A stretch of DNA of 64,000 nucleotides from Frankiales bacterium (GTDB taxonomy: Bacteria; Actinomycetota; Actinomycetes; Mycobacteriales; SCTD01), in assembly GCA_025465135.1 (NCBI GenBank), contig JAODNA010000160.1:1495-65494 (forward strand). The letters run 5' to 3'. Positions 36,303-45,234 of the stretch are shown in pieces (position 1 is the stretch's first letter; every line of letters begins with the position of its first letter). The notes beneath the pieces are model-generated. The model did not search any database, was not told the DNA's origin, and worked only from the letters and a program-made list of their open reading frames with translations. The position numbers and the translations under genes were made by a program.

Positions 36303-37679
36303 TCAGACAGCCTTCGCCGGCTGCGCGAGCCGGATGGGAGGGGGAAGGTCCTCCCGGTCGAGTGCGGCCGCTGGTCCGCCGGACCCCATCGTCGAGCTGA
36401 GCAGGAACGCAGCGCTCTCGAGGAGCATCAGGTGCACCGGGGTGAAGGCGCGGTCGACCCGTGCCGAATACCCCAGGGCGCCGTAGACGACGTTGCTCTG
36501 GATCAGTGGCACCGACAGGATCACCGGCAGCTCGGCGGCCTTCAGGAGCTTCGCTGTCGAGCGGTAGCGCTCGGACATGGTCGTGATGTCGACGTAGTGC
36601 GACGTCTCACCCGAGAGCACCGTGTCAGCGGCGAGGAAGCCGGCCGTCAGCGGTACGCCGGCCTTCACAGCGTCTCGCCAGGACTTGGGCATGCCGTACT
36701 GCGCCACCAGCCGGAGCCGCTTCTCGTCCGCGTCATCGCGGACGAACACGCCGCCGGCGTCGCATGCCCCCTCGTAGACCATGAACTCGACAAGCATCCG
36801 GCTGGCTTCCTCGAAGTCACCAGCGGTCTGCAGCAGGCTCCGCAGGGCTCGAAGGCGCAGCGTCAGGGTCAGCGCCTGCCCGCTCTCGCTGACCTGCGTC
36901 GACGTCGTCACGCTCTCCGAGAACTGCGACACCGGCTGGATGAAGGAGTAGCCGACGCCGCGCAGCGAACGGATGAACCGCGGCTCTGCCGAGACGTCCT
37001 GCAGCTTCTTGCGCAGCCGGTTGATGTGGATGCGCAAGGCGTTGCGCTCATCGGCGTACTTCCAGCTCCAGACCGCCTTGATGATGGTCTGGTGCCGGAG
37101 CGCCACCTGCGGGTGCGTCATGAGGAAGTCGAGGAGGGAGAGCTCGATCGGCGAGAGGTCGACCTGCTCACCGTCGATCTCGATCGTCCGGCTGGCGACG
37201 TCGAGGCGCAGTCCCTCGCAGACGAGGTAGCGCAGCTTCGGAAACGCCACGCCGGTGCGACGGATGAGGGCGTTGACGGCCGAGTCCAGCCAGTGGTCGT
37301 CCACGTCGTGCTCGGCCACCATGTCGGCGCCGAGGTCGAGCAGCTGCGGATGGAGCCGGTTGCCACACTCGGTCAGCACAAGGATCGGGGCCGTCGTGGC
37401 ACCGCGCACCTGCGTGACGAGCTCGCGCAACCACGCCGGGGAGCCGCCGCTGATGACGACCACCGCGAAGTTGCGCACGCCGACCAGCCACTTCGCTCGC
37501 TCGCCGTCGCTGACGGTGAGTGACGACCAGTGATGTGCCTCGAAGGCCTTCTCGAGGGCGTTGCCGGTCGCGGCCCGTTCGACGCAGATCAGGAGCGTGC
37601 CGCCGGCGGACTTGCCGTGCAGGTCAGCCGGGGACTGCAGCCTCGGCTCTGTCTCCGATCCATCCAGCCGCTCGGACAC
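36303..37679 (-). CDS. Atypical transcriptional regulator: receiver-like domain (no phospho-acceptor Asp) + OmpR/PhoB-type winged helix + C-terminal GAF-like domain
   Basis: 458-aa ORF. Residues ~28-141 align by eye with OmpR receiver domains but lack the acidic pocket and the conserved Lys. Residues ~150-247 carry LSPIELSLLDFLM...RIHINRLRKKL...RSLRGVGYSF (Trans_reg_C pattern). The ~200-aa C-terminal region has a GAF-like pattern. Confidence 0.7.
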   Translation of the reverse strand: MSERLDGSETEPRLQSPADLHGKSAGGTLLICVERAATGNALEKAFEAHHWSSLTVSDGERAKWLVGVRNFAVVVISGGSPAWLRELVTQVRGATTAPILVLTECGNRLHPQLLDLGADMVAEHDVDDHWLDSAVNALIRRTGVAFPKLRYLVCEGLRLDVASRTIEIDGEQVDLSPIELSLLDFLMTHPQVALRHQTIIKAVWSWKYADERNALRIHINRLRKKLQDVSAEPRFIRSLRGVGYSFIQPVSQFSESVTTSTQVSESGQALTLTLRLRALRSLLQTAGDFEEASRMLVEFMVYEGACDAGGVFVRDDADEKRLRLVAQYGMPKSWRDAVKAGVPLTAGFLAADTVLSGETSHYVDITTMSERYRSTAKLLKAAELPVILSVPLIQSNVVYGALGYSARVDRAFTPVHLMLLESAAFLLSSTMGSGGPAAALDREDLPPPIRLAQPAKAV

Positions 37680-37801
37680 TTGGCCTCCTGACTCGCCAGC
37701 CGCCCGTTCCGGACGCCGGCCGCAGCACTGCTCGCATCATGACACGAAACCGAGACTTGGCAGCATCATCCGGGAGAACTGTCGCTGCACGGACATAACG
37801 G

Positions 37802-39235
37802 CTATCCGAACGGCGGCCTGGCACCCACGATCGACTCGGTGCCGTCCTCGGTCTCGTCCTTCGAGATTCCAGCAACGTGCTTCGCCAGCTCCTTGGCATG
37901 ATCCATGTCGTAGTGCTTGTGCACCACCAGCCGCTGGGCGAAGAGCCCCCCTCCCGACTGGATCATGGTGACGTGCTGCCAGCCGCCGTAGGCGTCGGCC
38001 GTGAAGTCGCGGATGGCGTGGAAGAGGCGCAGCCGCAGGTCGGCGTCTACGCCCTCCATGGTGCGCATGTACTTCTCGATGTACGGACCCGTTTCCGGAT
38101 TCGCGAGGTCACGCAGGCTCGGCGCGGTGAGCACGCTGCCGCCGGCGATGTCATGCAGGTGCCGCACGATGTGGCTGAACTCCGCCGCCGCGTAGAACTT
38201 CGCGGCATTCGTAAACAGCTCGTCAGGCCCGGCCCAGCCCTCCTCGGTGTAGTCGGCGTTCTGGATGGCCGCCTCGTAGCCCGCCCTGATCAGGGTGGCG
38301 TACGTGATCATGTCGGCGATCTTCTCCCGGATGTGCGGGACGCGCTCCAGCCCGTTGGCCTCGGCAGTCAGCTGGGCCAGCCCGACGAGCGTGTCCGCGA
38401 GCTTGACGTAGCTGCCGATGCTCCCGAGCCGCTGCCACAGGCCGAGCGCGTGCGCGAACGTCGCGGAGTGCTCGACCTCGCCGGCCAGGAACACCCGCTC
38501 GTTCGGCACGAAGACGTCGTCGAAGACGATGAAGCCCTCGCCCGTGTTGTAGCGGCTGCTGTAGGGGAACAGGCTCGGGTCGAGGTCGGGCCGCGGCGCC
38601 GTCGACGTGGTGAGGATCGTGACGCCAGGAGCGTTGACGGGCACGGCACACGCGACGGACCAGTCCTCCTCGCCTGCCTTCATGCGCTTCGTGGGCATCA
38701 CGAGCATCTCGTGGGAGATGGCTGCACCTGTGATGTGGAGCTTGGCTCCACGGATCACGATGCCGTCCGCGGAGCGCTCGACGATCCGGAGATACATGTC
38801 GGGGTCATCCTGCTTGCCCGGCGGCAGCGAGCGGTTGCCCTTGGCGTCGGTGATGGTCTCCACACAGCGGATGTCGCGGAGCCGGCTCTCGTTGAAGTAG
38901 GCGAGCGCCCGGTCGGCGTACACGGGGTGCGTCGCGCGCATGCGGCTGGCGGCGGTGAGCACCATGAGCAGGCCCTGCGACGTGGCGCCGGTCGGGTAGT
39001 CCCAGTCGATCTGACGCTCCCCCTGCGCGCGCAGGTCGTCGATCGACTTCGGGATGAAGAAGTACGGCCCCGACGCCTCGGGGTCCGGGTCGTAGTACTT
39101 GTCGTAGCTCGACGCGGTCCAGTCCACGCTGCTGCGCAGCAGCGGGTGCACGGTCACGTCTTCGATGCGGACCCCGTCCATGAAGACGCGCCGCCCGTCG
39201 CGAAGAGACTCTCGATACTCGTCGCCGGTCAGCAT
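37802..39235 (-). CDS. HpaB/AbfD-family protein (4-hydroxyphenylacetate 3-hydroxylase / 4-hydroxybutyryl-CoA dehydratase superfamily)
   Basis: 477-aa ORF with AGGGAG upstream of the ATG. The motif TDAKGNRSLPPGKQDDPDMYLRIVERSADGIVIRGAKLHITGA is characteristic of this family. Only two Cys residues are present in the whole protein. Confidence 0.75.
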   Translation of the reverse strand: MLTGDEYRESLRDGRRVFMDGVRIEDVTVHPLLRSSVDWTASSYDKYYDPDPEASGPYFFIPKSIDDLRAQGERQIDWDYPTGATSQGLLMVLTAASRMRATHPVYADRALAYFNESRLRDIRCVETITDAKGNRSLPPGKQDDPDMYLRIVERSADGIVIRGAKLHITGAAISHEMLVMPTKRMKAGEEDWSVACAVPVNAPGVTILTTSTAPRPDLDPSLFPYSSRYNTGEGFIVFDDVFVPNERVFLAGEVEHSATFAHALGLWQRLGSIGSYVKLADTLVGLAQLTAEANGLERVPHIREKIADMITYATLIRAGYEAAIQNADYTEEGWAGPDELFTNAAKFYAAAEFSHIVRHLHDIAGGSVLTAPSLRDLANPETGPYIEKYMRTMEGVDADLRLRLFHAIRDFTADAYGGWQHVTMIQSGGGLFAQRLVVHKHYDMDHAKELAKHVAGISKDETEDGTESIVGARPPFG

Positions 39236-39307
39236 CTGCTTTGTCTCCCTGAGGGTTCTGTTCGGACGGTCACGTACATGCGTGCGCTTGAACGCGGTCG
39301 CTGCGGC

Positions 39308-40294
39308 TCACAGCATGACCAGTCGAGGGCCAGAGCCTGCGGCGATGATCGATGCGCCGACGCGCTCGCGAAGGTGCTCCGCACCGCCCAGCAGCGGCTC
39401 CAGCACCGACGCACGCCGGAGCAGGCGGTGGAACTGGTGCTCCCACGTGAAGCCCATGCCACCGAGCACCTGCTGGCAGTTCTTGATGGCGGTCCGTGCC
39501 GCGCGACCGGCGAGGATCTTCGCCAGGGCCGAGGCACGCGGGTCGCTCTCCTCCCAGGCGTTCTCGGCGGCCAGCTTGGCCAGCTCCACCCACACCTTGA
39601 CGTCCGCGAGGCGGTGCTGCACTGCTTGGAAGCTGCCGATCGGCACGCCGAACTGCTTGCGCGATGTCACGTGCTCCGCGGCGAGCTCCAGCATCGACTC
39701 CGCGAGCGAGGCGAGCTCGTGAGCCAGCGCGCGCTGCCCCGCGGCGGCTGCCGCAGCCCAGGCCGACGCCGCCTGCGTGCCGCGGGTGACGAGGAGCTCT
39801 CCGGCCGGGATGGCGACGTCCAAAGAGGTCCAGCCGCTCGCCGGGTCGAGTCCGCCGGCGTGCTCGGGCCAGACTCCGTCGGTCGGCAGCCGGCCGCTGG
39901 CGATGACGAGCTCGCCGTCCTCGAGCGCCGGAACCACGATGAGTGCGGGCCGGGTGGCCCGAACCGCTGTGACACCGGTGATCCTCAACGTCGAGCCGCT
40001 GAGCATGCTGGTCGGAACGTCGTGCCCCGCCGACGGCAGCACCACGGTCGCGGTCCAGAGGTCGTCGTCCGGTCGCAGGTGCGCGAGCAGGACCTTGTCG
40101 AGCCCCGTCCACGGCACGACGTGCCGGCCCTGGGCGGAGAACAGCGCCTCCGTCGCGAGCTGGCTGTCCTCAGAGAGAAGGAGCTCGGCCCAGCCGAACT
40201 CGCGGAGCTCTCCGAGCGCCTGCTCCGGCGGAGACTGCGCGACGATGCCGGCGATGCTCTGCCAGACCAGGCGGGTCGACTCGTCATCCATCAT
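39308..40294 (-). CDS. Acyl-CoA dehydrogenase family protein, short (second of pair 3)
   Basis: 328-aa ORF. C-terminal ACAD motif RKQFGVPIGSFQAVQHRL. Its ATG overlaps the upstream ACAD stop (ATGA). Confidence 0.75.
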   Translation of the reverse strand: MMDDESTRLVWQSIAGIVAQSPPEQALGELREFGWAELLLSEDSQLATEALFSAQGRHVVPWTGLDKVLLAHLRPDDDLWTATVVLPSAGHDVPTSMLSGSTLRITGVTAVRATRPALIVVPALEDGELVIASGRLPTDGVWPEHAGGLDPASGWTSLDVAIPAGELLVTRGTQAASAWAAAAAAGQRALAHELASLAESMLELAAEHVTSRKQFGVPIGSFQAVQHRLADVKVWVELAKLAAENAWEESDPRASALAKILAGRAARTAIKNCQQVLGGMGFTWEHQFHRLLRRASVLEPLLGGAEHLRERVGASIIAAGSGPRLVML

Positions 40295-41451
40295 CGTGCC
40301 CTCGGCAGGTTCAGGAGGCGCTGGGCGATGATGTTGCGCTGCACCTCAGCCGCGCCTCCGTAGATCGATGCGGCTCGCGAGTAGAGGATGTCGCGTCGCC
40401 AGTTCTGCGTCTCCGCGTCGTCCGCGAACAGCACGTCGGGCACGGTGGCGAGCGCGAGGTCGAACAACGACTGCTCGGCCGTCGACAGCATCAGCTTGTC
40501 GATGGAGGCCGCGGGGCCGGCCGGGGCACCACCTCCCAGGACGCGCATGGTGCGGCGCGAGCTGAGTCGCAGGGCATGGATCATCTCGTACGTCTCACCG
40601 ACGGACCGCGCCGACGGCTTCCCGGCGCGGAGCAGGTCGTTGAGCCTGGCCATCATCCAGGCCTGCCGCTGCCACGCAGCCGCTCCGCGTTCGTAGCCGA
40701 GGATGGACATGGCGACGTTCCAGCCGCCGTCGACGACCCCGAGAGTGCGCGACTTGGGCACGATCGCGTCGTCGAAGAAGAGCTCTGCGAACTCCGCGTC
40801 GCCGGTCATGCTGACGTAGGGGCGCACGGTGAGCCCGGGCGTGTCCATGTCGACGAACAGCGCGGTGAGACCGCGGTGGGCGGAGTCCTGCGCGCCGGTG
40901 CGCACGATGAGCAGGCAGCGGTTGGAGTAGCTCGCCCAGCTCGTCCACAGCTTCTGCCCGGTGACGCGCCAGTTGTCTCCGTCGTCGACCGCTCTGGTCG
41001 AGATGGCGCCGAGGTCGCTGCCGGCGCCTGGCTCCGAGAAGCCCTGGCACCAGAAGTCGTCGCCGCGCAGCAGCCGCGGGATCATCTCTGCGGACAGCTC
41101 GGGGGTGGCGTGGTCCACGACCGCCGGCGCCAGCACCTCCATCGCTGTGAACGAGAACGGCGGGGGGTAGCCGGCCGCAGCGAGCTCCTCGACGATGACG
41201 CCGCGGAGCAGGATCGTGCCACCGAGGCCGCTGACACGCGCCGGCCAGCCGAGACGCAGCCAGCCTGCGTTGAACAACAGCCGCTGCAGCGTGCACAGCT
41301 TCGCGAAGACCTCGTCCAGCTCTCCGGTGATGGAACGGAACTCGTCCATCGTGGCGGCGTTGTCGGTCAGCCATGCGCGGAAGGCGGCACGGACGGCGTC
41401 GACGGTGAGCTCCACCTCGAGCTCGGACTCGTGGCTGGCCACGACCGTCAC
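40291..41451 (-). CDS. Acyl-CoA dehydrogenase family protein (first of pair 3)
   Basis: 386-aa ORF. Motifs FSEPGAGSDLGA and C-terminal IYGGAAEVQRNIIAQRLL. Its GTG start overlaps the SnoaL-like gene's stop (GTGA). Confidence 0.85.
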   Translation of the reverse strand: MTVVASHESELEVELTVDAVRAAFRAWLTDNAATMDEFRSITGELDEVFAKLCTLQRLLFNAGWLRLGWPARVSGLGGTILLRGVIVEELAAAGYPPPFSFTAMEVLAPAVVDHATPELSAEMIPRLLRGDDFWCQGFSEPGAGSDLGAISTRAVDDGDNWRVTGQKLWTSWASYSNRCLLIVRTGAQDSAHRGLTALFVDMDTPGLTVRPYVSMTGDAEFAELFFDDAIVPKSRTLGVVDGGWNVAMSILGYERGAAAWQRQAWMMARLNDLLRAGKPSARSVGETYEMIHALRLSSRRTMRVLGGGAPAGPAASIDKLMLSTAEQSLFDLALATVPDVLFADDAETQNWRRDILYSRAASIYGGAAEVQRNIIAQRLLNLPRAR

Positions 41452-41888
41452 GAGGCTTGCGCCGGCGGGATGAGGTCTTCCGTCCAGCCGATCTGGCGGA
41501 GGAACTCGGACTTCTCCGCGTAGATGGACTCGCGCTGGATCTTTCCGTCGCGGAACAGGAAGACCCCACAGCTGGACAGGTTGACCTTCTTGCCCGTGCC
41601 AGGGATGCCCATGAACTCGCCGACGTGCACTCCGGACGTGACCACCTCGGCGAAGCCGAACTCGTCGTTCGCGTCGATGGTCACGATGTCGATCGAGATG
41701 TCCTGGAGGGACTCGAAGAGCATGTGGTGGATCGCGGAGACGCCTTCGCGCGAGCGGATGGGCTCGTCGGAGAGCGCGGGCAGGAAGTACTCCGGCGGGT
41801 CGGTCATGTCCGCAAGGATCTCGTCGTAGGCGCCCTGCGTCTCGAGCTGGAGATGCCGGCGGATGAGGTCGACGTTCGCCTGGTTCAT
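41448..41888 (-). CDS. SnoaL-like / ester-cyclase NTF2-fold protein
   Basis: ORF 41448-41960. The ATG at 41888 (MNQANVDLIRRHL...) gives 146 aa. The pattern FMGIPGTGKKVNLSSCGVFLFRDGKIQRESIY is typical of the SnoaL/ester-cyclase family. Confidence 0.7.
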   Translation of the reverse strand: MNQANVDLIRRHLQLETQGAYDEILADMTDPPEYFLPALSDEPIRSREGVSAIHHMLFESLQDISIDIVTIDANDEFGFAEVVTSGVHVGEFMGIPGTGKKVNLSSCGVFLFRDGKIQRESIYAEKSEFLRQIGWTEDLIPPAQAS

Positions 41889-41916
41889 GACCCGCTCCCC
41901 GGCCAGGACGGCGTAC

Positions 41917-42573
41917 TCAGAGGACTTCGTCGGTCGGCTGAGCCTTCGCCCCGTGGTCACGGGACGCGATCAGCGCCAGCAGCGCTTCCTGCGTGTCGGC
42001 CCCCGACGCAGCCGCCTGCCGTTTCGTCTCGGACCAGTCTGCGAGGGCCAGCTGCGCCGCGTCGCCACGGTCGTTCCAGTCAGCCGCGAGCGGCGTCGTG
42101 ATCTCCAGCCGGATGTCGTTGATGGGGTCGTAGAAGTACACGCTGTAGATGATCTTGTGGTCCACGGGTCCGACGACGCTCAGCCCGAGTCCGGTGAGAC
42201 GCGCGTGCCATGCGTCGACCGCCTCGCGCGAGTCGACCTGCAGTGCCAGGTGGTCGAAGATCTCGTACGCCGGGTGGGGCGTCGGCGCGCGGGGAGGCAG
42301 ACCAGGCGCCTCGAAGAACGCGATCGTCGAGCCGTCGCCGAGCCGGAAGAAGATGTGGAAGTACGGGAACGGCTCGCCGGTCGAGGGCACCTTGTCATCG
42401 ATGACTGCAAGGACGAACTCGAGGCCGAGAACCTGCGTGTAGAACTCGACGGTCTTCTCGGCGTCCGGCGTGACGTACGCCAGGTGGTTGAGCATCTGGG
42501 GCGTCTGCGGCAGCCCGGCCGCGAGCGGCTCGCTCTTCCGCCCGAGCGCCGTCAACGTGGTGTCTGCTGCCAT
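41917..42573 (-). CDS. VOC-family protein (glyoxalase / extradiol dioxygenase fold)
   Basis: ORF 41917-42579. The ATG at 42573 is preceded by AGGAG. Motifs LNHLAYVTPDAEKTVEFYTQVLGLEF and FDHLALQV, with the beta-alpha-beta-beta-beta module pattern. Confidence 0.75.
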   Translation of the reverse strand: MAADTTLTALGRKSEPLAAGLPQTPQMLNHLAYVTPDAEKTVEFYTQVLGLEFVLAVIDDKVPSTGEPFPYFHIFFRLGDGSTIAFFEAPGLPPRAPTPHPAYEIFDHLALQVDSREAVDAWHARLTGLGLSVVGPVDHKIIYSVYFYDPINDIRLEITTPLAADWNDRGDAAQLALADWSETKRQAAASGADTQEALLALIASRDHGAKAQPTDEVL

Positions 42574-42770
42574 CGTCACTCCTCAGCTGGGCCGGACCGT
42601 GACGGCAGGCGACGAGGCGCGCCTGGAGCGATCCGGCGCTCAAGTTACGTCGCTCATGATGTCTTCAGGATGTCGGCACCCCCGCGGCGCCACCGCCAAC
42701 AGACATAGTGCAGACAGCCCGACTCCGGGAGGGTGATCGCCGTACCTGGACGAGGCGAGGGGGCACAGGG

Positions 42771-43550
42771 GTGGGATCGCTCGACGGGCGCGTCGCCGTG
42801 GTCAGCGGCGCGAGCCGAGGCATCGGCCGCTCCATCGCCACCGCCTTCGCTGCCCAAGGCGCCGACGTGTGCCTGCTCGCCACCAACGAGACGCTCCTGG
42901 CCGAGGTCCAGCAGGAGTGCGAGCAGCTCGGCGTGCGCGCCGTCACGCAGCCGACGGACGTCACCGATCCCGACCAGTGCCGGCGCGCCATCGCGGCGGC
43001 GAAGGACGCACTCGGCGGCCTCGACATCCTCGTCAACGGCGCCAGCGTCTACACCGCAGACCCGTTCCTCGAGTCGACCCTGGCCGACTTCCAGCGGATG
43101 ATGGACGTGAACGTCTACGGCGCGGTCCAGCTCACGCAGGCAGCCCTGCCGGGCATGATCGCCCAGGGATACGGGCGCATCGTCAACATCAGCTCGACGG
43201 CCGGCAAGTGGGCGTCGCGGAACCGCAGCGCCTACCTCGTCTCGAAGCATGCACTGGTCGGGCTGACCCGAGCAGTCGCGATCGAGACAGCGCGGCAGGG
43301 CGTGACCGTCAACGCGATCTGCCCGGGCCCGGTCCAGACCGACATGCTCGACGAGCTCGTCGCTGCCCGGGCGCGGATCGAGAACGCCCCGCTCGACGCC
43401 ATCTGGGCAGAGCTCCGGTCCGGACCGGCGATCGGTCGCGTGCTGCAACCCGCGGAGGTCGCCACGCTGGCGGTCTACCTGGCATCGGAGCAGGCCGGCG
43501 GGATGACCGGTCAGTCACTGGCGCTGGACGGCGGCATCCTCTTCACCTGA
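42771..43550 (+). CDS. SDR-family oxidoreductase (FabG / 3-hydroxybutyrate dehydrogenase-like)
   Basis: ORF 42708-43550. An in-frame GTG at 42771 gives VGSLDGRVAVVSGASRGIGRS.... Also SAYLVSKHAL (Y-x3-K) and NAICPGPV. Confidence 0.85.
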   Translation: MGSLDGRVAVVSGASRGIGRSIATAFAAQGADVCLLATNETLLAEVQQECEQLGVRAVTQPTDVTDPDQCRRAIAAAKDALGGLDILVNGASVYTADPFLESTLADFQRMMDVNVYGAVQLTQAALPGMIAQGYGRIVNISSTAGKWASRNRSAYLVSKHALVGLTRAVAIETARQGVTVNAICPGPVQTDMLDELVAARARIENAPLDAIWAELRSGPAIGRVLQPAEVATLAVYLASEQAGGMTGQSLALDGGILFT

Positions 43551-45098
43551 GCCAGGGTCGCCCGCCCCGACGGCGATGCGCTGCAGCAGGAACTTGCGGA
43601 TCTTCCCGACCGAGGTGCGGGGCAGCTCGTCGACGAAGGTCAGACGACGAGGCCTCTTCGCCGGACTCAGTCGCTCGGCGCACCAGCCGAGCAGGTCGTC
43701 CTCCGTCGTCCGCTCACTGCCCGCCTTCAGGACCACGAAGGCGACGGGCACCTCGTCGCGCATCGGGTCGGGCGCACCGACGACGGCTGCTTCAAAGACG
43801 TCAGGGTGCGCGGCCAGGACGCTCTCGACCTCGACCACCGACACGTTCTCACCGGCGACCTTCAGCGTGTCCGCGCCACGTCCGGCGAAGACGTGCCGTC
43901 CACGCTCATCGAGAAGTGCGTAGTCCCCGGTGAGGAACCAGCGGCCGGCGAAGGCCGCCTCCGTCGTCACGGGATCGTCGAGGTAGCCCGCGAACAGCTC
44001 GATCCCACGACGTCCGCCGACCAGGATCTGGCTGGCGCCGTCCTCACGCACCTCGTCAGGGCCGGCCACCGGCCTGAGGGCGACGCGGCAACCGAGAGTC
44101 ACGTCTCCCATGACGGTCGCTCGGGCATCCAGAGCATTCGAGGTGAGGACCGCGGGGATGGTCTCGGTCATCCCGTACAGCTGCCGTGGCCGGCAGCCGA
44201 ACAGGTCGGCCAGCTCGACGTACTGCTGCTCCGTGACGTTCTGCGCGTACCAGACGTGTCGCAGCCGCAGGTGCGCCGGCCGGCGCACCTGCTTGGCCAG
44301 GATCATCCGCATGGGCGCGGCGAACAGGCTGGCGTGCGTCGCTCCGTGCTCCGCAGCCTGGTCGACGAAACGCGACGCGGAGAAGCGGTCGACGAGCACC
44401 ACCGCCGCACCCACGCTGATAGCCGCGGCGAAGCAGTAGTACTGCGCGTTCGCATGGAACAGCGGCAGGGCGACGATGAAACGGTCGTCGGCTGTCATGG
44501 CGGCGGCCGCCGCCATGACGTCGCCCGCGAAGGCGTAGTTGGCCTGCGTGACGAGCACGCCTTTCGGCTGGCTGGTCGTGCCGGACGTGAACATCACCGC
44601 TGCGATGTCGCGCGGTCGCGCCGCGACTCGCCGCCCGCCGGCGGCGGAGGTGCGCAGCACGGCCAGCTCGACGTCGTCCTCATCGACGAGCAGGGCCTCG
44701 AAGCCGTCGATGTCCGCACACCCCGCGCGGTAGACGTCTCCGCGTCTCGTCGAGCCGATGCCGACCGTCGAGCGGGTGCGGACGAGCAGGCTGGTCAGCT
44801 CGTCGGCAGCGACGTTCGGGTCGACAGGAACGAGGACGCCGCCCAGTGACAGCGTCGCCAGCCATATTGCAACGAACGCCGGGGAGTTGCTGAGCGCGAC
44901 GTTGACGGAGGAGCCTCGCCGCACACCCAGGCCGGTCAACGTCGCCGCGACCTCGCGCACAAGGGCGTCGAACTCGGCGTACGTCCACGTCCGGACGCTC
45001 CGGTCGGCTCCCTCCCAGATCAGGAAGGGCCGACCGCCCGCGTGGTCGACCGCACGGCGCCACCGGCCGACGAAGGTGGGAGCGAGGTTCGACGGCAC
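43515..45098 (-). CDS. AMP-forming acyl-CoA synthetase/ligase
   Basis: 527-aa ORF. Motifs FTSGTTSQPKGV, YGMTE, GDYALLDERG and a C-terminal GKIRK. Its 3' end overlaps the convergent SDR gene by 36 nt. Confidence 0.9.
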   Translation of the reverse strand: MPSNLAPTFVGRWRRAVDHAGGRPFLIWEGADRSVRTWTYAEFDALVREVAATLTGLGVRRGSSVNVALSNSPAFVAIWLATLSLGGVLVPVDPNVAADELTSLLVRTRSTVGIGSTRRGDVYRAGCADIDGFEALLVDEDDVELAVLRTSAAGGRRVAARPRDIAAVMFTSGTTSQPKGVLVTQANYAFAGDVMAAAAAMTADDRFIVALPLFHANAQYYCFAAAISVGAAVVLVDRFSASRFVDQAAEHGATHASLFAAPMRMILAKQVRRPAHLRLRHVWYAQNVTEQQYVELADLFGCRPRQLYGMTETIPAVLTSNALDARATVMGDVTLGCRVALRPVAGPDEVREDGASQILVGGRRGIELFAGYLDDPVTTEAAFAGRWFLTGDYALLDERGRHVFAGRGADTLKVAGENVSVVEVESVLAAHPDVFEAAVVGAPDPMRDEVPVAFVVLKAGSERTTEDDLLGWCAERLSPAKRPRRLTFVDELPRTSVGKIRKFLLQRIAVGAGDPGSGEEDAAVQRQ

Positions 45099-45234
45099 CT
45101 CCTCAGCATCGCGCGTGCGGCATTTCCTGGCGATGTCGCAGCGGTGCGCCCACCGAGTTTCGACACCATGTCAAGCGGGCCGCGAGGGCCTTGTGGCGTT
45201 GGAGGTCCTCCGTTCCCGGACTTAGCCTGCGGCC

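Noticed and set aside
37802-39235. Calling this gene a genuine 4-hydroxybutyryl-CoA dehydratase (AbfD)
   Set aside because: Only two Cys residues and no C-x3-C, so the [4Fe-4S] ligand set known for AbfD is absent. I kept it as an HpaB/AbfD-superfamily protein of unknown reaction.
37877-40363. 828-aa plus-strand ORF antisense to the HpaB/AbfD-like and ACAD genes
   Set aside because: Same artefact class: low-complexity R/G/A/P/D-rich translation. The opposite strand encodes proteins with clear motifs and proper Shine-Dalgarno/overlap architecture.
34993-43550. Reading P450 + SnoaL-like cyclase + acyl-CoA ligases + SDRs as a polyketide or other biosynthetic gene cluster
   Set aside because: There are no PKS, NRPS, terpene synthase, glycosyltransferase, methyltransferase or resistance/export genes. 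The context (hmgA, fahA, ACADs, crotonases) is catabolic.
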